Positions 40,509 through 49,869 of a DNA stretch of 64,000 nucleotides are shown piece after piece. The stretch is from an uncultured bacterium (GTDB taxonomy: Bacteria > Acidobacteriota > HRBIN11 > JAKEFK01): assembly GCA_963777505.1 (NCBI GenBank), contig CAVZQN010000004.1, positions 736,001-800,000 on the forward strand, written 5' to 3'. Each line of letters starts with the position of its first letter. The stretch's first letter is position 1. Below the pieces are notes generated by a model that saw nothing but the letters and a program-made list of their open reading frames with translations, ran no database searches and had not been told where the DNA came from. The position numbers and the translations under genes are program-made.

Positions 40509-41141
40509 TTACGTGATTTTCCAGAAGGGTGATGTCAGACCAATGTTTTTGAAAATTTCTTGTCCTTCGCTGGGGGTATAACGTCGCCAGTCTGGATTGC
40601 GTCTGTCTGGCGTGTACCAGGCTTTCGCAAGCTCCCAGGTTTGTTCCATTGACATGATTGCGCCAAGCGGTAATTTCCATTGATCGCACCAGTTTCTGAC
40701 ATGCTCTTCCGACCGGAAGAAAAGCATTGTTTTTCAAGTATAGACAACGTTGTCCCACCAATGTTTTGCGGGAACAGCGAAGTGAACTACAGCTTCATCG
40801 TAATCAACTTTGCCTCGGCGAATTGCACAATGAATTGCAGTTCCGCAGCATCCACATGCGCTATCAATTTTTCCATCACTGCGAAGCATCGCTGGAACAC
40901 CTAACGCATCCCACGCACAATTGGCATAACGTGAACGTCCGCGTGCATCAATTACAAACGGAGTTGGCACTGCAGAAAATGGCATCGCCATTAATATTTC
41001 GCCATTCTTTTGCAACGCAAGGACATGTGCATCTGCCAGACGCGCAAAGCCATCTAACACTTCTTGCTGTGTCACATGTACGGAATTCGCAATCTGTTCA
41101 CTCGTTGGAATATCTCCTTTGTTAATGATCCGGCTGTACAC
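40509..41141 (-). CDS. MerB-like organomercurial lyase, probable selenoprotein with Sec at TGA 40734-40736
   Basis: ORFs 40734-41141 and 40509-40727 are in one frame: HWWDNVVYT-U-KTMLFFRSEEH. MAMPFS..PT and YANCAWDALG (CxxD) motifs; strong hairpin after the TGA. The true start is possibly ATG at 41181, offset by one A. Confidence 0.85.
40699..40730 (-). promoter_or_regulatory. Bacterial SECIS-like hairpin
   Basis: mRNA ACAAUGC-UUU-UCUUCC-GGUC-GGAAGA-GCAUGU: perfect 6-bp upper stem, GGUC loop starting 19 nt after UGA, and a lower stem. Confidence 0.75.
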
Positions 41142-41296
41142 GAGCTGGCGAAGCTCAACGTCCGTTAACGACCTTTTTCATTGTTTTAGTCTAAACGAAT
41201 CAAGACACCCTACAAAACCTGTGAAATTCAAATCTGAACTGTGACTGTTTTTGCTCGTGCAATTCCAGATACCATTAATTATTAGGAGGATTGAGT

Positions 41297-42187
41297 ATGC
41301 CACATTATCCCTTTTACCAGGTGGACGCATTTACAGATAAACCGCTTGAAGGCAATCCATGCGCCATTATTTTGAATGCTGATGATCTGCAGTCCACAAT
41401 GATGCAACAAATTGCACTTGAAAATAATCTTTCCGAAACTTCATTTGTATTGCGCTCAGAGGTCGCTGATTTTCGCGCACGCTACTTTACGCCTGCTGAG
41501 GAAATTCCGCTTGCGGGTCATCCTACAATTGCCACCATTCATTTGCTTGCAGAAACGGGGAAAATCAAACTAAAAGACACGAAAACAACAGTCACATTGG
41601 AGTTGAAGGCTGGAGTCATTCCAATTGAGCTTGAGTCTAAAGCATCTGGCAATGTGCTGATTACAATGAATCAGCTAAAACCTCAATTTCTATCCACGTA
41701 TAAAGCTGATGAAATTGCGAGCGCATTTTCGCTCACACCTGAAGACATTTTGTCAGATTCTCCAGTACAGACAGTAAGCACCGGGACACCCCAGCTGATG
41801 ATTCCACTCCGGAATCAGGAAAGTTTGCGAAAGGCTGTTATCAATAATTCTCTTTATACTGAGTTGCGTAAACGTGCAGATTTTTTTAGCGCGCATCTGT
41901 TTTGTCTTCAAGGCTTCACAAAAGCAGGACACACCTCGGCAAGGCACTTCGGCACTCCACCTGACACTTTTGAAGATCCATTCACAGGTTCAGCAACAGG
42001 CGGGATGGCTGCATACGTCTGGCACTATGGATTGATCAAAGAGCCACACTTTATTGCTGAGCAAGGTCATTGGATGAACCGGCCTGGCAAAGCACAGATC
42101 GAAGTTATCGGTACACGAGATGACATTCAAACTGTGAGGGTTGGCGGTACTGCTGTAACAGTTTTGAAAGGTGAATTGCTTCTATAG
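41297..42187 (+). CDS. PhzF family isomerase/epimerase
   Basis: QVDAFT..GNP, NLSET.F, RYFTP..E.PLAGHPT and EDPFTGSA motifs. Confidence 0.93.
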   Translation: MPHYPFYQVDAFTDKPLEGNPCAIILNADDLQSTMMQQIALENNLSETSFVLRSEVADFRARYFTPAEEIPLAGHPTIATIHLLAETGKIKLKDTKTTVTLELKAGVIPIELESKASGNVLITMNQLKPQFLSTYKADEIASAFSLTPEDILSDSPVQTVSTGTPQLMIPLRNQESLRKAVINNSLYTELRKRADFFSAHLFCLQGFTKAGHTSARHFGTPPDTFEDPFTGSATGGMAAYVWHYGLIKEPHFIAEQGHWMNRPGKAQIEVIGTRDDIQTVRVGGTAVTVLKGELLL

Positions 42188-42258
42188 ATCAGGATCATGA
42201 TCGATCAGATCATGAGCACGATTACGTTTTTTGAGAAGCGGTATATTATCTATGGACG

Positions 42259-43599
42259 ATGGAAATAGAGCCGCTTTCGTGGCAAACAGTTCTTACTCGA
42301 TTTGCGATCGTTTTTGTTTTAATTCTTATTAACGGATTTTTCGTTGCAGCAGAATTTGGTTTAGTCGGTGCCCGCAAAACCAGACTGCAGGAACTGGCGA
42401 AAAAAGGGAATCGTCTTGCCAAACATGCCGAAAAGTTGGCACACAATCTTGATGAAGCGATCGCTGCTACACAACTCGGAATTACGATTGCGAGTTTGTT
42501 GGTAGGTTGGATCGGTGAAGAAACCCTCGCCGAAGTCTTCATGACTTTCTTTCATTTTCTTCCCACCTTCTGGGCCGGAGTCGCTTCTCATACTGTTGCG
42601 GTCGCATGTGCATTCGCTTTAATTACGCTGATGCACGTTGTCATCGGTGAATTAATTCCTAAAAGCGTTGCGATTCAATATCCAAATCGGACCGCGATCT
42701 ATGTCTCACAGCCAATGCGTGTTGTTATGTTGATCTTCAAGCCATTTGTGTGGGTATTAAATGGCATTGGCAACTCAGGATTGCGTCTTCTTGGGTTGCC
42801 TCCCGCAAAAGGTCACCAGATGGTTCATTCCGTTGAAGAATTAAAATTAGTCATCGATGCAAGCCATCAAGGTGGCGCGCTGGATTCGCTCGAAAAGGAT
42901 TTATTAACGAAGGTCTTCAAGTTTGGCGATCTTGTTGCGCGCCAGGTCATGGTTCCCCGAACCGAAATGAGCTGCATTCCGATTAATGCGAACCTCGATG
43001 AAGTTGTTGATGTCGCAAGCCGCACAGGACATACACGATTTCCAATCTATCAAAAAGATATTGATGACATTGTTGGAATCTTACACATGAAAGATGTGGT
43101 AATTCTGTTGCAAGCAGGAAATCCGTTTTTAATTAACCGCATCATGAAGGAAACCCATTTCGTTCCCGAGCAAATGCCTATCGTGAAACTACTCACTTTT
43201 ATGAAGCAGAAACATACACAGATGGTCGTTGTTGTGGATGAATTTGGCGGAACTTCAGGCTTAGTTACGCTGGAAGATGTAATTGAAGAAATTATCGGCG
43301 ATTTTTACGATGAACATCATCCTGGGGATCACGACATACTTAAGATTAGTGGAAATGAGATTGTAGTTCGCGCCCGCGTTCGGGTGGGTGAAATTAATGA
43401 GCGGTTTCATTTAAAATTGGAAACCGAAGAGGTGGACACAATTGGTGGATTTGTGTTACACAAATTAGGTGCCATTCCGCATGTTGGGGACACGATGGAA
43501 GTGCCAGGGGCATTGATTAAAGTCGAAGAAATGTCGCGTCAGAAAATCAAAACACTTCGTATTTATTTGCGTCAACCTCAACCCGCCGAGGTCGAATGA
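42259..43599 (+). CDS. Hemolysin-family CNNM/CBS/CorC transporter
   Basis: NGFFVAAEF, QLGIT, GELIPKS, VMVPRT, VVDEFGGTSGLVTLED and TIGG motifs. Confidence 0.93.
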   Translation: MEIEPLSWQTVLTRFAIVFVLILINGFFVAAEFGLVGARKTRLQELAKKGNRLAKHAEKLAHNLDEAIAATQLGITIASLLVGWIGEETLAEVFMTFFHFLPTFWAGVASHTVAVACAFALITLMHVVIGELIPKSVAIQYPNRTAIYVSQPMRVVMLIFKPFVWVLNGIGNSGLRLLGLPPAKGHQMVHSVEELKLVIDASHQGGALDSLEKDLLTKVFKFGDLVARQVMVPRTEMSCIPINANLDEVVDVASRTGHTRFPIYQKDIDDIVGILHMKDVVILLQAGNPFLINRIMKETHFVPEQMPIVKLLTFMKQKHTQMVVVVDEFGGTSGLVTLEDVIEEIIGDFYDEHHPGDHDILKISGNEIVVRARVRVGEINERFHLKLETEEVDTIGGFVLHKLGAIPHVGDTMEVPGALIKVEEMSRQKIKTLRIYLRQPQPAEVE

Positions 43600-44120
43600 A
43601 GCAGCCGGCAATCCGGACTCAAACTAAAGCAGCTTTCCCTTTCCTCAGTTCTTATCCATTTCTGGATTTCATGTATGAATTGAACTTTTTGTTTGATCAA
43701 CTCAACAGGCGTTTCTGGGATGGAATGCTTCCAAGATTTGAATGTGAATGGTCGAGCAGAATGACTACAACCTGGGGCTGTTGTTATCGTTCAGCGCGTT
43801 TAATTCGAATCAGCAGTTTTTTCAAAAGGCGGCCACTTGCGGAAGTTGTTGCCGTTTTATTGCACGAGATGGCGCATATTCAACATCCAGGACATGGGGT
43901 TTCATTTAGAAAAGAATTGCAAAGGATTGGAATGGCAAACGATGTGGAAGGACATTTTCCACATTTGAATGATTTAACGAATGCAATGCGCCGCGCCTTG
44001 CGTTATCAGTATGAGTGTCCTCGCTGCCATCTTCGCATCCAGAGACGGCGTAAAATTCGAGGCTACTGCGCCGATTGTTATAATGCCGGCTCACTCTCCC
44101 GCTTTCGTCTAGTTCTTTGA
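43596..44120 (+). CDS. SprT-like metalloprotease domain protein
   Basis: WSSRM, LLHEMAH, HG..F and C-terminal CxxC...CxxC. Confidence 0.85.
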   Translation: MKQPAIRTQTKAAFPFLSSYPFLDFMYELNFLFDQLNRRFWDGMLPRFECEWSSRMTTTWGCCYRSARLIRISSFFKRRPLAEVVAVLLHEMAHIQHPGHGVSFRKELQRIGMANDVEGHFPHLNDLTNAMRRALRYQYECPRCHLRIQRRRKIRGYCADCYNAGSLSRFRLVL

Positions 44121-44130
44121 GCCTTTGCGG

Positions 44131-44871
44131 TTAGAATTTCGGTTTGCGTTTTTCCAAAAACGCCGCAACACCTTCAACGACATCCGGACTCTTCAACAAC
44201 TCTTCTTTATAAATTCTTTCTGCTTCTGAAAGCGCTGAATCAAAATCGAAATCCAGTGCCTTTCTTAGCACTGTCTTTAACGACCGCTGTGCATTCTTGC
44301 TGAGTGAAGTAAATTGTTTGATCATCTTTTGTAAATCATCATCAGTTTCATAAAGACGGTCGAGAATTCCAATTTCCAAAGCTTTCAAGGCGGTAATTGG
44401 TTCACCGCTCAGCAGCAGCATGTTCGCTCTTCGTCCAATGAATCGTGGGAGCAACACAGTTGCAACTGGAGGGAAGCATGCGATTGTAATCTCAGGAAAA
44501 CCGATCTTCGAAGTTTGCTCGGCAACGATGATGTCGCAGCATAATGCGAGTTCCATTCCGCCTCCGAGCGTGTATCCACGGATCGCGCAGAACGTTGTGC
44601 CTCCAAAGTGATACAACTTGCGAATCACATCATGAAACCGATCTAGCATTTCAGGAGCCATATCTGGTGTATGAATTTTTACATCGACACCAGTTGAAAA
44701 ATGCGGAAGCGATGACGCAATCACAAGAAACTCCGAACGTTTGGCTTCATCGATTGCCTGCGCAAGTTCTGACATCATTTCAAATCCGATAACGTTTAAA
44801 GGCGGATGATCAAGTTGTATTTGCGTTACATCATCGATTTGCGAAAAGTGAATTGTCTTGTATTCACTCAT
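44131..44871 (-). CDS. Enoyl-CoA hydratase/isomerase family protein
   Basis: PPLNV, FSTGVDV, GGGMELA..CD, FPEI..FPP and EGVAAFLEKRKP motifs; ATG at 44871. Confidence 0.9.
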   Translation of the reverse strand: MSEYKTIHFSQIDDVTQIQLDHPPLNVIGFEMMSELAQAIDEAKRSEFLVIASSLPHFSTGVDVKIHTPDMAPEMLDRFHDVIRKLYHFGGTTFCAIRGYTLGGGMELALCCDIIVAEQTSKIGFPEITIACFPPVATVLLPRFIGRRANMLLLSGEPITALKALEIGILDRLYETDDDLQKMIKQFTSLSKNAQRSLKTVLRKALDFDFDSALSEAERIYKEELLKSPDVVEGVAAFLEKRKPKF

Positions 44872-44875
44872 AGAG

Positions 44876-45769
44876 CTAATCCCAGAGAGGAGTGCTGAAA
44901 TATTTTTCGCCGCGGTCAGGAAAAATTGTGACAATATTTCCGTGTTTCATTCTCTTAGCAATTTCAATCGATCCAGCCAAAGCTGTACCGCAAGAAATTC
45001 CGCCAAAGATGCCTTCTTCCCGCGCAAGGCGCTTCGTATATTCATAAGCGTCCGCATCGTTAATCACCAGCTTTTCATCAATCATTGACCAATCCAGAAG
45101 TTCAGGCGTACGGCTTTCATCCATATTTCTCAGGCCCTGCTGGGTATGCTTTATTTGAGGCTCTAACGCAATGATCCGTACGTCAGGTTTTAGTTCCTTG
45201 AATCGTTTTGAAAGTCCCATGATGGTTCCACATGTTCCCAAACCTACCGTAACTACATCGATCTTTCCATCCAGGTCTTCCCAGATTTCATTTGCAGTGC
45301 CTTCATAATGCGAAAGCGTGTTATGAGGATTTGAATACTGGCGGGCATAAAAATATTTGCCGGGATTTTCACGATTCAATTTTTCAGCAATATCCCATGC
45401 TTCATCACTTCCACCTTTTTCAGATGTGAAGATGATTTCAGCACCCAAAGCTTTCAATAATTTTCTGCGTTCGATAGAAACTTTCTGCGGCATTACGATC
45501 GTAACCGGATACCCTTTGACGCATCCAACTAGGGCAAGCCCAATTCCTGTATTTCCGCTGGATGATTCAAGAATCGTCATTCCCTTTTTTAGAGTTCCGT
45601 CGCGTTCAGCGCCTTCCACAATGAAAAGTGCTGGCCTTTCTTTTACACTTCCCATTGGATTCGCGCCTTCAATCTTTGCCCAGATTGTGACTGATGGATG
45701 CTGCCAAATACGGTTGATACGCACCAACGGCGTCCGGCCGATTGTTTCTAATATGTTCTCGTACTTCAT
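44876..45769 (-). CDS. PLP-dependent cysteine synthase family protein
   Basis: IGRTPLV, NPMGSVKER, SSGNTG, GTCGT and PDRGEKY.ST motifs. Confidence 0.93.
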   Translation of the reverse strand: MKYENILETIGRTPLVRINRIWQHPSVTIWAKIEGANPMGSVKERPALFIVEGAERDGTLKKGMTILESSSGNTGIGLALVGCVKGYPVTIVMPQKVSIERRKLLKALGAEIIFTSEKGGSDEAWDIAEKLNRENPGKYFYARQYSNPHNTLSHYEGTANEIWEDLDGKIDVVTVGLGTCGTIMGLSKRFKELKPDVRIIALEPQIKHTQQGLRNMDESRTPELLDWSMIDEKLVINDADAYEYTKRLAREEGIFGGISCGTALAGSIEIAKRMKHGNIVTIFPDRGEKYFSTPLWD

Positions 45770-45963
45770 AAGTAGAAGAAGCAATCCAGTATTTTTGATT
45801 TACGAACAACGAATATCGAATACATACGAACCAGTCCCCAGTCCTGGGTAAAGGGGCATCTTCGTAAATCGTAAATCGTTATTCGTTATTGGTACTTCAA
45901 ATGTGTGGTTCATCGTATATAGCCTACTGACCGAAGTTGTCTGCTGTATGTTTGCAGGAGGTT

Positions 45964-46446
45964 TTAAATGAGCTGTTGTTTTCCCGGCGATGCCCACGAG
46001 TAGTCATTTATTTTCCATTCCTTTTTTTCAAGAACAAGAAGATATCGCACAGGAATAACGATTCCGTTCTTACCCGTGAATATCCCTTCCACCGTGGCTT
46101 TGTCGTTTACAACTTGAACGTGTTTCAGGCTGTACTCAGCAAGTGGGAAAGCATCTGAGAAAGCATCGATTTCAGATTTGAAAGTCGCAAGACTGTGATT
46201 TTTCTGATATTCACCTGAAAAATATTCGTACGCCTTCTCCGTATCTCTTGCGTTTAACGCTTCAATGTGTTCTTTTGCAATCCTGGACGGGCCCGTGAAA
46301 GAGACGAAAAATTTTCCTGCGAATACCGCAAATAGAATTCCAACAATAATCAAGCATCCACAACCGCCCAATAGGAGTTTCAGCAGAATTGAATCTTTCG
46401 GCTTAGGCGGAACATCTGGATTCGGATCATTCGGATTCCAGTTCAT
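45964..46446 (-). CDS. Membrane-anchored DUF4864/NTF2-like protein
   Basis: GGCGC TM anchor; AYEYFS..YQ and Y.LV.E..EWKI. Confidence 0.7.
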   Translation of the reverse strand: MNWNPNDPNPDVPPKPKDSILLKLLLGGCGCLIIVGILFAVFAGKFFVSFTGPSRIAKEHIEALNARDTEKAYEYFSGEYQKNHSLATFKSEIDAFSDAFPLAEYSLKHVQVVNDKATVEGIFTGKNGIVIPVRYLLVLEKKEWKINDYSWASPGKQQLI

Positions 46447-47387
46447 CGGTTGGTCCCAGCTGTTCTATACCAATCTGCGGTGAGCTTTAATCCTGCTTGA
46501 AGATCGAATGACGGTTGATATTTCAAAATCGATTTTGCTCGTGAGATATCCGCGAAAGAATGCATAATGTCCCCTTTGCGCGCAGGCTCATATTTTGGTG
46601 GAATATTGTTGCCAGTGAGCTGCTGGATTAAGACAAATAATTGATTCACACTGATTTGAGTTCCACAGCCAATGTTGTAAACGCCGCCCGGAGAAGAAGC
46701 AGAAGTTGCAGCTAACAAATTTGCTTGAGCACAATCTTCAACATACGCAAAATCACGCGTCTGTTCGCCGTTTCCATAAATAATGCATTCTTTCTTTTCA
46801 AGCATATTCCGAATGAAAATAGGAATAACTGCTGCATATTGAAGTAAAGGATTTTGTCTTGGCCCATAAATGTTGAAGTAGCGAAGGCTCACAGTTTCCA
46901 AACCATAAGCCTGATAAAAAACCTTGCAATAGTATTCATTTGTAATTTTGCTGATAGCGTATGGTGATTCTGGTGCCGGCAACATGTCTTCCCGTTTTGG
47001 AAGTTCCGGTGTTTCTCCGTATACAGCAGATGAACTTGCACATATAACTCTACTGACACCGGCATCGCGGCACGCAACTAAAACATTCAAAGTGCCGGTA
47101 ATATTCACAGCATTTGTTCCTGCCGGATCTTCGATAGAACGCGGAACCGAACCACGTGCCGCTTGATGAAAGACCCAATCCATTCCTTTGACGGCTTTTT
47201 GAACTGTATCCATATCTTCAATGGAGCCGTCAATAATCTCTACATCTTTTTTAAAGTCTGACAATGTTTCGTGACTTCCTGTTTCAAAATTATCAATAAG
47301 CCGAACGGTGTGTCCGTTGTTTAACAATAGTTGAACTAAATGCGATCCAATAAAACCAGCTCCACCTGTAACGAGACAACGTTTCAT
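46443..47387 (-). CDS. NAD-dependent epimerase/dehydratase (UDP-glucose/GlcNAc 4-epimerase-like)
   Basis: TGGAGFIGS, HQAARGSVPRS, SPYAISK, LRYFNIYGPRQ and GEQTRDF motifs. Confidence 0.93.
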   Translation of the reverse strand: MKRCLVTGGAGFIGSHLVQLLLNNGHTVRLIDNFETGSHETLSDFKKDVEIIDGSIEDMDTVQKAVKGMDWVFHQAARGSVPRSIEDPAGTNAVNITGTLNVLVACRDAGVSRVICASSSAVYGETPELPKREDMLPAPESPYAISKITNEYYCKVFYQAYGLETVSLRYFNIYGPRQNPLLQYAAVIPIFIRNMLEKKECIIYGNGEQTRDFAYVEDCAQANLLAATSASSPGGVYNIGCGTQISVNQLFVLIQQLTGNNIPPKYEPARKGDIMHSFADISRAKSILKYQPSFDLQAGLKLTADWYRTAGTNR

Positions 47388-48049
47388 AATTCTCTCTTTT
47401 TTTTCTTTGCGACTCTTCGGTTTATCTTAATTCTTTTTGCACACAACGATTCAGCTACGCAAATACTGCATAATGGCCGGATCGGTTTACAAACATTTTT
47501 GCCATGAAATACAAGCAGATCATTAATAGCAAGCCAATCTTCTTCTCCAATGATTTTTCGAAGTGCCATTTCCGTTTTTTCAGGAGTTTTAGTGCGGACC
47601 CAACCCAATCGATTCGATATCCGATGCACATGTGTATCCACTGGAATTGCAGCTTGTGCGAATGCATAGACCAGGACGCATGATGCAGTCTTTCTTCCTA
47701 CGCCAGGCAGGCTGAGCAATTCCTCCATGTCCGAAGGAACTTTGCCGGCATATTTCTCCATCAGTAACCGCGAAACATTGATGATTCGCCGTGCTTTTGT
47801 TTTGTAAAACCCAGTTTTCTTTACGAGTTTTTCGATGCGCTTGACCGGAGCCGCTGCAAGACTGGCACAATCCGGATACACTCTAAAGAGTTCACGAGCT
47901 ACGATTTCTGTTGTTTCATCGCGACTGCGTGCGCTTAAAATTGTAGCAATCAGAGTCTGCCATGGATCATCCTGGCCGAAATTACCAAGCATCGTCCGGC
48001 CATGATAAACCTGGAGCTTTTCGAGTATCTTCTTATATTCGAGGTGCAT
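47384..48049 (-). CDS. nth: Endonuclease III
   Basis: LIATILSA, HhH LPGVGRKTA, PVDTHVHRI and C-x6-C-x2-C-x5-C Fe-S motif. Confidence 0.92.
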   Translation of the reverse strand: MHLEYKKILEKLQVYHGRTMLGNFGQDDPWQTLIATILSARSRDETTEIVARELFRVYPDCASLAAAPVKRIEKLVKKTGFYKTKARRIINVSRLLMEKYAGKVPSDMEELLSLPGVGRKTASCVLVYAFAQAAIPVDTHVHRISNRLGWVRTKTPEKTEMALRKIIGEEDWLAINDLLVFHGKNVCKPIRPLCSICVAESLCAKRIKINRRVAKKKKREL

Positions 48050-48178
48050 TTTAGTGCCAAAGTAATAAGTAATGAGTGCTGAGTTTGGAGCTCGCTCAGC
48101 ACTCGTTGCTCTGTACTATTGCACTGGTAACGTACTGAAAAGATTAAGTTTACAGGGCATAAGCCTTATGGTAACATA

Positions 48179-48922
48179 ATGTCCTTTATGTTCGATGAGT
48201 TAGAGCAGCGGATAGGGTATACCTTCCAGGATAAAGATATTTTGCTGCGCGCCATGACGCATCGTTCTTATTCGCACGAGATTCCGGAAAGCCTGATTCA
48301 GGACAATGAAACCCTCGAATTTCTTGGCGATTCGATTTTGGGTTTTATCATCAGCGAACTGCTCTTCATAGCGTATGCTCACCGATATACCGAAGGGCTG
48401 ATGTCAAAGGTGAAATCGTACATTATCAGCACCGAGATCTTGGGCATGAAAGCGCGAGAGATAGAACTCGGGAATTATCTTTTGCTTGGACGAGGCGAAG
48501 AAAAAACAGGCGGGCGCAGCAAACGCTCTCTCCTTGCCAACACGTTTGAGGCATTAATTGCAGCAATTTATTTAGATGGTGGACTCGATCAAACGAAGCA
48601 ATTTGTTCATCGTTTTTTCAAACAAACGTTGGAAGAAGTTGTAGAAAAAGATTTCCATTTCAATGATTTCAAATCCCTGCTTCAAGAAAAATTGCAAAGT
48701 ATGGGAGAAATTCCACCTGATTATGAAATTGTTTTAGAAGAGGGTCCGCATCATCAGAAAGTTTTTCATGTAGACATCCGCATTCGTAATGTCGCAGTTG
48801 CAAGTGGCACAGGTTCAACAAAGAAAGAAGCGGAGCAAGATGCTGCACGAAAAGCTTATGAACAATTGCTGTCAGGCGAACTGGATTATTTGCTGGCCCG
48901 TCGTGAAAACCCCGTTTCATAA
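48179..48922 (+). CDS. rnc: Ribonuclease III
   Basis: THRS, NETLEFLGDSIL, ANTFEALIAAIYLD and dsRBD ending KKEAEQDAA. Confidence 0.96.
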   Translation: MSFMFDELEQRIGYTFQDKDILLRAMTHRSYSHEIPESLIQDNETLEFLGDSILGFIISELLFIAYAHRYTEGLMSKVKSYIISTEILGMKAREIELGNYLLLGRGEEKTGGRSKRSLLANTFEALIAAIYLDGGLDQTKQFVHRFFKQTLEEVVEKDFHFNDFKSLLQEKLQSMGEIPPDYEIVLEEGPHHQKVFHVDIRIRNVAVASGTGSTKKEAEQDAARKAYEQLLSGELDYLLARRENPVS

Positions 48923-48960
48923 AAAACTCTCTGCGTGCTTAGCGGTTCATCCGCCGACAC

Positions 48961-49869
48961 ATGATTAAACCACAACGATTGCGTCTCGGTGATAGTGTCC
49001 GAATAATTGCACCTGCAAGTCCTGTAAAAAAGGAAATGTTTGATCGCGGTATTGAAGTCATCCGCGAGCTTGGCTTCGTTCCTGTGTATTCAGATCCATT
49101 TCGCAAATGGCGATATCTTGCCGGTGAGGATGTACATCGCAAAGCCGAACTGTTACAGGCATTGCAAGATCGCGAGAGTCGAGCAATTTTCTTCGCACGT
49201 GGAGGTTATGGTTGTTCCCGGTTGTTATCTGATACAACTTTTGAAAGTTCATTCCCTCCAAAAATTTTGTTGGGCTGTTCTGATATCACTTCACTCCATT
49301 TGTATTTTCAAACGCAGCACCAATGGATCATTTTTCACGGTCCAATGCCTTCCGGAGATTTTTCGCGCGGCCAATTACACAAAGACTCTTTTTTGAAAGC
49401 GCTTTGTAACGCTGAAGGGTATGAGTTGAATCCTGATGGTGTTCAATCCCTCAAAGAAGGAAATGCAGAAGGTATTTTAACGGGCGGTTGTTTAACGCTT
49501 TTGGATGCAGCGATTGGCACTCGGTGGGAACCTGATTTCAACAATAGCATTTTGTTTTTGGAAGATGTGTCCGTTAAACCCTATCAGATCGATCGAATGC
49601 TGACGCATTTGTTGCTCGCAGGTAAGCTTGAAGGTGTACAGGCATTTATTTTTGGTGAAATGAAAGATTGTGTGCAGATAGAAAATCAAGGTTACACCCT
49701 TCAGGAAGTGATTCTTGATGTTTTAGGCAAACTGGGTAAACCCATTTATTTTGGATTTCCTTCAGGTCATGTGAGCGGACTCAATTGGACAATTCCTCTG
49801 GGAGTTTCAGCACGAGTCGGTAGTGATCGTCAATTCCGATTAGAAATTCTTGAGAGTCCTGTCGAATGA
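48961..49869 (+). CDS. LD-carboxypeptidase (S66)
   Basis: IAPAS, RGGYG, GCSDIT, HGPM, LFLED and SGH motifs; next to mpl. Confidence 0.92.
   Translation: MIKPQRLRLGDSVRIIAPASPVKKEMFDRGIEVIRELGFVPVYSDPFRKWRYLAGEDVHRKAELLQALQDRESRAIFFARGGYGCSRLLSDTTFESSFPPKILLGCSDITSLHLYFQTQHQWIIFHGPMPSGDFSRGQLHKDSFLKALCNAEGYELNPDGVQSLKEGNAEGILTGGCLTLLDAAIGTRWEPDFNNSILFLEDVSVKPYQIDRMLTHLLLAGKLEGVQAFIFGEMKDCVQIENQGYTLQEVILDVLGKLGKPIYFGFPSGHVSGLNWTIPLGVSARVGSDRQFRLEILESPVE

Noticed and set aside
29536-40736. Genome-wide UGA reassignment (code 4/25) as the explanation for the in-frame TGAs
   Set aside because: Many genes here end cleanly at TGA, and both read-through TGAs fall at catalytic Cys positions.
45357-45851. 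164-aa plus-strand ORF and similar antisense ORFs (e.g. 10764-11306, 3784-4194)
   Set aside because: Antisense shadows of well-supported genes.
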